From assembly GCA_964555405.1 (NCBI GenBank), contig CAZKSF010000001.1, positions 26,536 to 90,535 on the forward strand: 64,000 nucleotides of DNA. The letters are read 5' to 3'. The translations under genes and the position numbers were made by a program. The stretch's first letter is position 1, and each line of letters begins with the position of its first letter. Below, in pieces: positions 46,519 to 55,763 of this stretch. This stretch comes from an uncultured Bacteroides sp. GTDB lineage: Bacteria > Bacteroidota > Bacteroidia > Bacteroidales > Muribaculaceae. A model generated the notes under the pieces. The model was not told the DNA's origin, did not search any database, and worked only from the letters and a program-made list of their open reading frames with translations.

Positions 46519-49500
46519 TTAGAACGAGAGATTCAAACCTACGGTATATGTGCGGTTAAGCGGGTAGAGACGACCGAGATCCGAATCGGGGTGCTCGGGA
46601 TCGACGAACTTCACCTTAGTGAAGGTAAAAGGATTGTAGCAGTTGAAATATACACGGATTGTATTACCGCCAAGGAGGTGCGACGGCACGGTGTAGCCGA
46701 GTTCGACACTCTTCAGACGCAGGTAATCGGTTGATACACGGTTGAATGAAGAATTATCTCTGGCGTAACGTCCGGAGAAGGCATAATAGCCGGGTACCCA
46801 TTCGGCATTCTGGTCATATACGAACGCTTCGGGGTCAGCTGTGTGCCAACGGTCGGTGAACTGTTCGAGGACACCGCCGCCATTCGAACCCCAGATGGCG
46901 TAGAGGGGTTCCTCGTACTTCATGGAACCCATTGCCGTACCCTGCCAGAGCATATTCAGGTCGAAATCACGCCAGTTGAGCGAAAGATCAAGCGAGAAGT
47001 TCATCCACGGGGTCTGGTCGAATGCAAAGGGGTGTTCATCGAGACCGTCGATCTGACCGTCACCGTTCCAGTCCTCATAACGGTAGTCGCCGGGAAGAAC
47101 GTCGCGTTCTGTGTACAGACGGTCATTCCAGATTTCATACCAGTTGTTATAGCGTCCTGCTCCTTCGTAGCCGAACTGCACACCCTGATAACGGTTGTTA
47201 AGGTTATCATGGCGCCAACGGTCGTAAGAGTTTCCATAGTTGGCGTTCTGCACTGCTGTCAGATATTTGTTACGGGTAACGGAGAAGATGCCACGTGCGC
47301 TCCATGCCCAGTCACCTACACGGTAACGGTGGGTGAGCTGTACTTCAAGACCCATATGACGGTCGGAGTTAAGGTTTTCCTGCGGAGCCTCTGCACCGAC
47401 TACAGTAGGCAGATCGCCTGTGTTACGTGCGAAGAGTCCTTCACGGTTGCGGAGGAAGTATTCGACGGTAGCACCGATAATTCCGTTACCGCCTTCGAAG
47501 TCAACACCTACGTTGAACGTCTTTGCCTTGTACCATGTGAGCAGTTCATTGGGAATTGCAGTGGGGTTAACACCGTAAACGAACTGTCCGTTAAGGATAA
47601 AGCCCGGTGAGTAACCGTTGTAGTTGCCGTTGTCGGCTACGGTTCCGCCACGGTAGGTGTAACCCTGAAGCCATTCGTAATTAATCGAACCGTCATCACC
47701 GAGTACACCATAGCTGGCACGGAGTTTCAACTGATTGAAGAATGCGTGCGTGTCAAGTGATTTGAACCAAGGTTCCTCGCTGATACGCCAGCCTGCCGAT
47801 ACCGACGGGAAGAAACCCCAGCGATGTCCTTTGGCAAACTTTGAAGATCCGTCGTAACGGAACTGACCTTCGATGAGGTAACGGCTGTCGAAATCATAAG
47901 TAAGACGACCGATAAGCGCCTCGTTGCCCATATCATAAAGATCACCTGTACCTGTGTTCATCGAGCCGACCTGACCTTCTTCAACACCTGCGAGAAGATA
48001 CGGTATGGAGAATGCGAGATCGCGGTAAGCGTAGAAGTTGTCGCCGTGACGGCTGGTGGTTTCCCAACCGATGAGTGCGCCTACGTTGTGAAGCTGATTG
48101 AACTTACGGTTGTAGTTAAGAGTGAACTGTGACAGAAGCTGTGATTTGTCGTAGAACTCACGGCGCATATTCGAGGGAGAGCTTGCGGCATAGAGTTTCT
48201 GGATGTATGAATCGGTAGTCTCGTCGTAAGCATACTGATAATATTCCTTACGGTAGATTTCGTTGTTGTCGACCGTATAATCATAGCTGATAAGCGCTTT
48301 TGCCTGCAATCCGGTGAGAGCTTTTGTATAAGCGCCGAGATCGATGGTAAGCGCGGCGCCCGACTGGAATGTCTTTTTCTTGTATTTGCGGTAACCGGTA
48401 ACGTCCGATGTCATCATTGCTACGGTGTTCTGCTCCAGGTCGAGACCGGCATAGTTAAGCATTGTCCCTTCCGGATCGGCGTATGCGGGATACAGCACAC
48501 CCTGCTTCCAGTAATTACGGATAATGTCGACCGCACTGTTATACGGTGTGTTACGGGTGTCGGACATCGCTGAAAGGTTGATGTCGAGTTTAACACCGTT
48601 CCAGAGTTTTGTAGTGAGATTACTGCGGAGGTTGAACTTGTCATAGTTGAGGTCGCCCGACTTGAAAATACCTTCCTGATAGATATATCCGAGGCTTGCG
48701 AAGAACTGGGTGCGGTCATTGCCTCCCGATACACTGATATCGTGCTGTGTCTGGGGAGCCCAATCGGCTATTACCTCGCCGTTCCAGTCGGTCTGACGGC
48801 GTGTACCGTTACGATAAGCCTCGAAATCGGCTTCGGTATAGATTATCGAACCGCCATTGATGTCGTTACGGCTCTTTTCATTCCAGATTGTCATTGCATC
48901 GAGGGCATCGGCAAGTTTCGGCATACCCTGTGGTTTCTGGATTGTGAATGATCCGTTGTAGTTCACTTTGGTCTGACCGGACGCACCGCTCTTGGTGGTG
49001 ACAAGCAGCACACCGTTTGCAGCACGTACACCGTATATTGCGGCGGCAGCATCCTTGAGGACCGAGACATCCTGAATGTCGTTGGCATTCAGACGCTGGA
49101 AATCCTCGACAGTACGGGGAACGCCGTCAATAACCACCAGCGGACTGCCAAGACCGCGGACATCAAAGTTATTGTTATAGGTACCGGGCTCGGCACTCTT
49201 CTGCCAGACACGTACACCGGGTATTTTACCGGTGAGCATGTTCTGCGGGTTTTCGTTGTTGGTCTTGATGATGTCATCGCCCTTGATGGACGACACAGCA
49301 CCTGTGATAGAACCGCGGCGCTGTACGCCGTAACCGACCACCACGACTTCATCCATGACCTGGGCGTTGGTAGTGAGCTGTACATTGATAACTGTACGGC
49401 CGGCTATCTTCTCTTCCTTCGTGTTACAGCCGATATAGCTGAAAACGAGGGTCGCGTCGGGAGAGGTGGTGATGACATATTCGCCGTCGACATTCGTCAC

Positions 49501-49680
49501 GACACCGGTTTTTGTATTTTTCACCATGACCGACGCACCTATGAGCGGTTCATTCTCATGGTCAGTAACCGTACCTGTCACAGTGACGGTCTGTGCCGCG
49601 ACCACACCCGGAAGCAGCGCCGCTAACAGCGCCACCACTGCGAAAGCGGTGCTTAACTTGAATTTTAGGATTCTGAACAT
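46519..49680 (-). CDS. susC: SusC/RagA TonB-dependent transporter
   Basis: N-terminal extension EPLIGASV, EVVVVGYG, LKDAAAAIYGVRAANGVLLVTTK, RYDGSSKF and terminal GLNLSF. Confidence 0.97.
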   Translation of the reverse strand: MFRILKFKLSTAFAVVALLAALLPGVVAAQTVTVTGTVTDHENEPLIGASVMVKNTKTGVVTNVDGEYVITTSPDATLVFSYIGCNTKEEKIAGRTVINVQLTTNAQVMDEVVVVGYGVQRRGSITGAVSSIKGDDIIKTNNENPQNMLTGKIPGVRVWQKSAEPGTYNNNFDVRGLGSPLVVIDGVPRTVEDFQRLNANDIQDVSVLKDAAAAIYGVRAANGVLLVTTKSGASGQTKVNYNGSFTIQKPQGMPKLADALDAMTIWNEKSRNDINGGSIIYTEADFEAYRNGTRRQTDWNGEVIADWAPQTQHDISVSGGNDRTQFFASLGYIYQEGIFKSGDLNYDKFNLRSNLTTKLWNGVKLDINLSAMSDTRNTPYNSAVDIIRNYWKQGVLYPAYADPEGTMLNYAGLDLEQNTVAMMTSDVTGYRKYKKKTFQSGAALTIDLGAYTKALTGLQAKALISYDYTVDNNEIYRKEYYQYAYDETTDSYIQKLYAASSPSNMRREFYDKSQLLSQFTLNYNRKFNQLHNVGALIGWETTSRHGDNFYAYRDLAFSIPYLLAGVEEGQVGSMNTGTGDLYDMGNEALIGRLTYDFDSRYLIEGQFRYDGSSKFAKGHRWGFFPSVSAGWRISEEPWFKSLDTHAFFNQLKLRASYGVLGDDGSINYEWLQGYTYRGGTVADNGNYNGYSPGFILNGQFVYGVNPTAIPNELLTWYKAKTFNVGVDFEGGNGIIGATVEYFLRNREGLFARNTGDLPTVVGAEAPQENLNSDRHMGLEVQLTHRYRVGDWAWSARGIFSVTRNKYLTAVQNANYGNSYDRWRHDNLNNRYQGVQFGYEGAGRYNNWYEIWNDRLYTERDVLPGDYRYEDWNGDGQIDGLDEHPFAFDQTPWMNFSLDLSLNWRDFDLNMLWQGTAMGSMKYEEPLYAIWGSNGGGVLEQFTDRWHTADPEAFVYDQNAEWVPGYYAFSGRYARDNSSFNRVSTDYLRLKSVELGYTVPSHLLGGNTIRVYFNCYNPFTFTKVKFVDPEHPDSDLGRLYPLNRTYTVGLNLSF

Positions 49681-49703
49681 ATGTTTGATTGATTGATTAT
49701 TTT

Positions 49704-51158
49704 CTACTTCTTCTCAAGGTCATGGCATGCGAGCACGGCATACTCGGCAGCGAAACCGAATGTGAACATACCTTCGACATCGCACTTCGCCTGTTCGCGG
49801 CTCCAACCTGCAAGAGGATTGACCGGCAGCATATTATTGTGAAGGAAATGCTCATAACCGTAATCAAGATTCGCCTGAAAAGCGGCGCAACCCTTGGCGG
49901 CATCGGGACATACGCTGTAAGCCTCGGCATATGCACGCATCAGCACTCCGTTGAACCACGGGGAGAAACCGGTCAGGTCGAATGAATAATATCCGGGGCG
50001 GCTCTCGCCAAGTTTCGCGAAATGGGAGAAACTCTTTTCTGTCAGTTCTGCTACATCGGTCTTGAAACGTGAGTCTCCGGTGGCACGCGCCAGGTCGGCG
50101 GCTCCCGAAAGCATGGTTCCGGTATTATAACTGTAGTACTTGCCTGTAGGTCCCTCATCATTATTATGGGCGCGGTAGCGTACTCCGTCGACAGTGATGT
50201 AACTGATCTGACCTTGAGCGCCGCACATATCCCAGTAGACCCCTTTCGAGGCATCGAGAAGCTTGCTCTTCTGCCAGTCGTACACTTTGGTTGCCATAGT
50301 CAGGTAATAGTCGTGTTTCGGCTCGGTAACCTCGAAACGCTTTCCATCCTTGTCGATACGCCGGTAAGTGATCTTGTCATCCTTTCCCTTATAGATATCG
50401 CTGAGCCAGACGAGCGGACTGATTATCGGTCCGTTGCTGCATGAGTGTTTGGTTATATAACCGGGACCCCAGGTGATGCCTCCATATTCGTTTCCTTTGT
50501 TATCGACCGAACAATCCCAACCATCGAGTACATATGAGGTAAGATACTCGGCTTTTTCGAGATAGCCGGCCGTTCCGGTGATTTCGTAAGCCTCCAACAG
50601 TTCACGCACGAGCCATTCCTGGTCATCATAAACATTCAGGACTCCGGTTACATCGGCGGTACCCTTCCCTGAAGCACGGTTTACGGCATATACAGTCCAG
50701 CTGGCAGTGCCTGTATAGGAAGTCAGCGAGTATGTTCCGGCATAGAACTCAAGATTTTCGATGAGACGTGCAAGGAGATCGGTATAGCGGTTCCAGTTGG
50801 CATCGTATAAGGCGCTCTTTCCGTCAGCCTTCAGAGCCTTCATCGCTTTGAGGGTAGCGTTGACAGCCTCGATAGAACTGGTGTACATCCATACGCTTCC
50901 GGTTTCATTCGATCTGTTTCCGGTGTAAGGATTATAATACCGGTGCATGATCATCGACGATGACTCGAAGTAATTGTCAACAGCAGCGTCAATGATGGTT
51001 ATGGCACGTGAAACATTTGTCTCGGCAACAGAATTCTCCGTATTGCCGCCGGGAGTGGTCCCCGGCTGTTCTCCGGAATCCACCTTGGGATCGTCCGAAG
51101 AACAGGAGGCGCTCATTGCGAGCAGTGCCACGGCAGCTAAAACTTTCGATATTTTCAT
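49704..51158 (-). CDS. GH76 endo-alpha-1,6-mannanase-like lipoprotein
   Basis: Lipobox SASC; catalytic YDDQEW, GGITW, CSNGP and YSYNTG motifs. Confidence 0.92.
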   Translation of the reverse strand: MKISKVLAAVALLAMSASCSSDDPKVDSGEQPGTTPGGNTENSVAETNVSRAITIIDAAVDNYFESSSMIMHRYYNPYTGNRSNETGSVWMYTSSIEAVNATLKAMKALKADGKSALYDANWNRYTDLLARLIENLEFYAGTYSLTSYTGTASWTVYAVNRASGKGTADVTGVLNVYDDQEWLVRELLEAYEITGTAGYLEKAEYLTSYVLDGWDCSVDNKGNEYGGITWGPGYITKHSCSNGPIISPLVWLSDIYKGKDDKITYRRIDKDGKRFEVTEPKHDYYLTMATKVYDWQKSKLLDASKGVYWDMCGAQGQISYITVDGVRYRAHNNDEGPTGKYYSYNTGTMLSGAADLARATGDSRFKTDVAELTEKSFSHFAKLGESRPGYYSFDLTGFSPWFNGVLMRAYAEAYSVCPDAAKGCAAFQANLDYGYEHFLHNNMLPVNPLAGWSREQAKCDVEGMFTFGFAAEYAVLACHDLEKK

Positions 51159-51186
51159 CGTTTGTCAGTGCTTATGGTTACTTATA

Positions 51187-52983
51187 TCAGTCGATGGTCA
51201 CTTTGTTGAACACGAGCTTGTTTTCATCACCGTTCTGCTCTCCGTTGTGGACGCTGACGGTGATCAGGACATCCTGACCGTTGAACTGTGACAAGTCGTA
51301 GACAAAGTCACAGTAGTTGTCGCCGCTCTTGAATTTCCAGCATCCGTTATCAGCTGCTGAAGCGTCTTCGCAGGTATTGCTTACAGGAGCGAGGGCATTT
51401 ACATTGCAGTCCATGGTAATGGCGTTGACCTTGAAGAAGGTGTAATTGCCACCGAAGTTGCGTGTGGTGAGAGTGAGTTTGTTGTGACCTTCATAAATCG
51501 AGAACTTGGCATAGACATATGATTCCGGTTCATCGAGATTAGCGGGTTCGTTACCACGGGTCTTTATCAACCATCCCTCGCCGGGGAATACTTCCGGGTC
51601 TTTATGCAGCGGCATGAATGTCCAGTAAGCCATGATATGCCCTGCTTCGTGCCAGGTTGAATATGCGTCACGATAGTTATCGCGGTTACCGCCTACCGGG
51701 CTGATACCGGTAAATGAGGTGCGGTCCTGCGGCATTGACGAACGTACGATTGATTCTGTCATATGCCATCCGCCGAGTGCGGGGAGCTCGGTACCGGGCA
51801 TCCAGCAGATGACATCGGTGAACGGCTCGTTGGAGAATGCGATGCGACGGAGTACGAGCTGATGCCAGTAATCGCCGGTCTCCTTACGGAACTGTCCGAT
51901 TACTACCACGACTTCTTTTCCTATATATCCGGAAAGGTCGAACGCCTCATTCATATATGAACCGGTATCACACATGCGCTCACCGCCGATGAGTACCGCC
52001 TTCGGTTCGGCAGCCTCGAGGTCGATAACCTGAACACCCCAATAACAGGGAGGCTGATGAGTACGTACCTGAACTGTGAGGATACTGTTGTCGGCAGTGA
52101 TCAGCTTGCGTCCATACACGAAAGAATCGAAGTTCTCGCTGTCGGCAGGATTTGACTGATCGTCGGAACTGTTGCGGATACGAAGTGTCGAACCCTCGTT
52201 CTGTTCTTCATAGTCACCGTTCCATGTTGTGAATGTAGCCATGTAATTACATGCCCAGTCGAACATGGGGTAGGCATCGGCATTTCGACCGCCCTTATAC
52301 TCGTTGTTGTACCAACGCGGTGCCTGACGGAGATCTTCGGCAGTAAGACCGCGAAGTATCTCTATGCCGCCGATACGTGCGTCAAAGGTAGCTACACCAT
52401 CAACGAAATCATCCATTTTGATTGCTTTGGTTACGGTAGCGAAACCTTCTTTCGATACGGTTATGGTGTAGTCGCGGAGCACGAGACCCGAAATCTCGTA
52501 ACGTCCGTCAGCACCGGTCTTGACAGTCTTTGCCGAGCTGACACTTACTGTCACACCTTCGAGCGGTGCGCCATTGTTGCGGGCATCTGTGATAACACCT
52601 TTGATAGAGGCGTCAGCAAAAACCATCTCTACATCAGCAGTGGCAATGTTTGATTTGAATTTTGAAGGAACAAGAGTAATTGAAGTTGTCTCGTAACCAT
52701 CTTTTTCGAATAGAATGATCTGACCTTCGCTGTGGATAGCCACATCACTTAATGTGTAAGAACCGTCAGTACCGGTAGTGGTGGTTTTCGATGATTCTTT
52801 GTCGGTGACTGTTACGCCGGCGATAGGCACGGCAAGTTCGTCGGTCACCTTTCCTGAAACTTGTCCGGTTCCGACAATCGAGTCGGACTGGACTTCCTTG
52901 TCATCATGACACGACGCAGCCAGCATGGCAAGGCAGCTGATTGCGAAGAGCCCGAATGATTTAAGAGCAGATTTCACTTTCAT
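51187..52983 (-). CDS. Lipoprotein with two carboxypeptidase-regulatory-like domains and two tandem beta-sandwich domains (surface glycan-binding candidate)
   Basis: Lipobox AASC; GKVTD...PIAGVTV...DGSY and GVITD...PLEGVTV...DGRY repeats; FDLSGYIG and YDLSQFNG modules. Confidence 0.75.
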   Translation of the reverse strand: MKVKSALKSFGLFAISCLAMLAASCHDDKEVQSDSIVGTGQVSGKVTDELAVPIAGVTVTDKESSKTTTTGTDGSYTLSDVAIHSEGQIILFEKDGYETTSITLVPSKFKSNIATADVEMVFADASIKGVITDARNNGAPLEGVTVSVSSAKTVKTGADGRYEISGLVLRDYTITVSKEGFATVTKAIKMDDFVDGVATFDARIGGIEILRGLTAEDLRQAPRWYNNEYKGGRNADAYPMFDWACNYMATFTTWNGDYEEQNEGSTLRIRNSSDDQSNPADSENFDSFVYGRKLITADNSILTVQVRTHQPPCYWGVQVIDLEAAEPKAVLIGGERMCDTGSYMNEAFDLSGYIGKEVVVVIGQFRKETGDYWHQLVLRRIAFSNEPFTDVICWMPGTELPALGGWHMTESIVRSSMPQDRTSFTGISPVGGNRDNYRDAYSTWHEAGHIMAYWTFMPLHKDPEVFPGEGWLIKTRGNEPANLDEPESYVYAKFSIYEGHNKLTLTTRNFGGNYTFFKVNAITMDCNVNALAPVSNTCEDASAADNGCWKFKSGDNYCDFVYDLSQFNGQDVLITVSVHNGEQNGDENKLVFNKVTID

Positions 52984-53353
52984 GTTTGATTGGATAAGGA
53001 ATATTGATTATTATTGTTTTCGGTAAGAATGTTCAGACGTTTATTCACTTGGCAAAGTAATTAAATCTTTTTTAACCGAGCAAGCGGTGTTTACCCGATA
53101 ATTCTTAATTTACGTGTCTAAATACACAATTGTCTTAATCGGGCACATTTTACACATGAATATATCACGCCTATGACACAACAATAATTACAATCCTGAT
53201 TATGTGATCGTTACAAAAATAGCATACAAAAAAGTACAGAATGTGGCACATTTTTAATTCACGCACATAACCCCTCTTCGATCCTTTTTGGCTATTTTTG
53301 CAAAAGTTATATTTCATGTCAAAACCAATACAAAAACATAATTAAACCTATTC

Positions 53354-55660
53354 ATGACAAACAAATTTTTTTCAACAGGTTCCACACGTCTTGCCATGGT
53401 GGTGTCGGGCATCGCCGCAGCACTGATGGCTAACGCCGCCGACCCCGTTGACTATGTGAATACTCTCGTAGGTTCACAATCGAAACATTCGCTTTCCACC
53501 GGTAATACCTATCCTGCCGTAGCCATGCCCTGGGGAATGAATTTCTGGACTCCCCAGACCGGTAAAACAGGCGATGGCTGGGCTTACACTTACGATGCTG
53601 AAAAGATCCGCGGTATCAAACAGACTCACCAGCCGAGTCCGTGGATCAACGATTACGCACAGTTCGCGATAATGCCCGTCACCGGAAAGGTGGTTTTCGA
53701 CGAGGATGAGCGTGCAAGCTGGTTCTCGCACAAGGCAGAAGTAGCGAAACCTTACTATTACCGCACTTATCTTGCCGACTGGGATGTGATTGCCGAAATC
53801 GCTCCCACCGACCGTGCTGCAATAATGCAGTTCACTTTCCCGGAATCAGAACTTTCAACTGTTATTGTGGACCCGTTCGACAATGGCTCATCAGTTACAG
53901 TCGACCCCACAAAACGCCGTATCACCGGATATACCACTAAAAATTCGGGCGGTGTCCCGGAGAATTTCCGGAACTATTTTGTTATTGAATTCGACAAACC
54001 ATTCACCTATACCGCTACCGTAACCGACGGAAATATCAATCAGGGAACTCTCTCGGCAACCGCCAACCACGCAGGTGGAATTATAGGTTTCCCTACCGTG
54101 AAAGGTGAAAAGGTGACGGCACGTATCGCCTCGTCGTTCATCAGCCCCGAACAGGCGGAGATAAACCTGCGCGAACTTGACGGCAAGAATTTCGAGGCTG
54201 TAAAGTCGGAAGGACGTGCACGCTGGAATGAGGTACTCGGGCGCATTGAGGTGGAAGACAATGATATAGACCGTCTGCGCACTTTCTATTCCTGTCTTTA
54301 CCGGTCTGTACTGTTCCCCCGTAGTTTTTATGAAATCGATGCTGAGGGCAACCCGGTACATTATAGCCCCTATAACGGCGAAGTGCTTCCGGGGTACATG
54401 TTCACCGATACCGGTTTCTGGGACACATTCCGCGCACTTTTCCCGTTCCTTAACCTCATGTATCCGTCAATGAATGCAAAAATTCAGGAGGGTCTTGCCA
54501 ATACTTACAAAGAGAGCGGTTTTCTGCCCGAGTGGGCAAGTCCCGGTCACCGCGGATGTATGGTAGGTAACAACTCTGCTTCTATTGTTGCGGATGCCTG
54601 GCTTTCAGGGGTGCGGGGGCAGGATATCGAAGCTCTCTGGGAAGGTGTGGTAAGCGGCACTACTAAAGTACATCCTCAGGTATCATCGACAGGCAGGCTC
54701 GGGCACGAATACTACAATACACTCGGATACGTACCTTATGACGTGAATATCAAAGAGAATGCAGCCCGTACACTCGAATATGCCTACGATGACTGGTGTA
54801 TCTATCAGCTTGGCAAGGCTCTCGGCAAGTCAAAAAAAGAATTGAAACCGTTTGCCGAACGCGCTCTCAATTACCGGAATCTATACGATCCTGAACACCG
54901 TCTGATGCGCGGACGTAATCAGGACGGTTCGTTCCAGTCGCCTTTCAACCCGCTGAAGTGGGGCGATGCCTTCACCGAAGGCAACAGCTGGCACTATTCA
55001 TGGTCAGTATTCCATGATCCACAAGGACTTATAGATCTTATGGGTGGTAAACCGATATTTGTGGCTATGCTTGACTCCGTATTCACAGTTCCGCCGGTAT
55101 TCGATGACAGCTATTACGGAGGCGTGATACACGAGATACGTGAAATGCAGATAATGAACATGGGCAATTATGCACATGGCAATCAGCCTATACAGCACAT
55201 GATTTATCTGTATGACTGGGCGGGAGAACCCTGGAAGACCCAATACTGGGTGCGTGAGACTATGGACCGCATGTACAACCCTAATCCTGACGGTTATTGC
55301 GGCGATGAGGACAACGGACAGACTTCAGCCTGGTATGTTTTCTCGGCGCTCGGATTCTATCCTGTATGTCCGGGCAGTGGCGAATATGCACTCGGAGCAC
55401 CTCTGTTCCGCAAGGCAACGCTTCATCTCGAAAATGGCAACGATGTGATTATCAATGCACCGGACAACAGTAATGCAAACCGATATATCGGCAAGCTTAC
55501 TGTTAACGGCAAAGCGACAGATCGTAATTATCTTACTCAGAAGGAACTCTTTGACGGCGCGGTTCTCAACTTCGAGATGCAGGATACGCCGGCGACAACC
55601 CGCGGTACGGCTCCCGGCTCTGTTCCTTATTCATTCAGCAGTGAACTCTCGGCTAAATAG
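53354..55660 (+). CDS. GH92 alpha-mannosidase
   Basis: GNTYP..AMPWGMNFWTPQT, THQPSPW, DTGFWDTFR, TLEYAYDD, EGNSWHY, GNQP and DEDNGQTSAW. Confidence 0.96.
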   Translation: MTNKFFSTGSTRLAMVVSGIAAALMANAADPVDYVNTLVGSQSKHSLSTGNTYPAVAMPWGMNFWTPQTGKTGDGWAYTYDAEKIRGIKQTHQPSPWINDYAQFAIMPVTGKVVFDEDERASWFSHKAEVAKPYYYRTYLADWDVIAEIAPTDRAAIMQFTFPESELSTVIVDPFDNGSSVTVDPTKRRITGYTTKNSGGVPENFRNYFVIEFDKPFTYTATVTDGNINQGTLSATANHAGGIIGFPTVKGEKVTARIASSFISPEQAEINLRELDGKNFEAVKSEGRARWNEVLGRIEVEDNDIDRLRTFYSCLYRSVLFPRSFYEIDAEGNPVHYSPYNGEVLPGYMFTDTGFWDTFRALFPFLNLMYPSMNAKIQEGLANTYKESGFLPEWASPGHRGCMVGNNSASIVADAWLSGVRGQDIEALWEGVVSGTTKVHPQVSSTGRLGHEYYNTLGYVPYDVNIKENAARTLEYAYDDWCIYQLGKALGKSKKELKPFAERALNYRNLYDPEHRLMRGRNQDGSFQSPFNPLKWGDAFTEGNSWHYSWSVFHDPQGLIDLMGGKPIFVAMLDSVFTVPPVFDDSYYGGVIHEIREMQIMNMGNYAHGNQPIQHMIYLYDWAGEPWKTQYWVRETMDRMYNPNPDGYCGDEDNGQTSAWYVFSALGFYPVCPGSGEYALGAPLFRKATLHLENGNDVIINAPDNSNANRYIGKLTVNGKATDRNYLTQKELFDGAVLNFEMQDTPATTRGTAPGSVPYSFSSELSAK

Positions 55661-55681
55661 CAGCATTAGTTTCAGTATATA

Positions 55682-55736
55682 AAAAACATGTCAGCCCGCA
55701 GTCTTATATTTCCTGACTGCGGGCTGACATGTTTTT
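55682..55736. terminator. Bidirectional terminator
   Basis: Perfect 22-bp inverted repeat aaaaacatgtcagcccgcagtc / gactgcgggctgacatgttttt between convergent genes. Confidence 0.9.
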
Positions 55737-55763
55737 GTACTCGATAAACCGATTTGTACGGTA

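Noticed and set aside
46843-47610. 255-aa antisense ORF within susC, and similar shadows at 42804-43487, 43831-44418 and 60974-61564
   Set aside because: These are opposite-strand open frames expected from codon bias in long genes; they have no signals or motifs.
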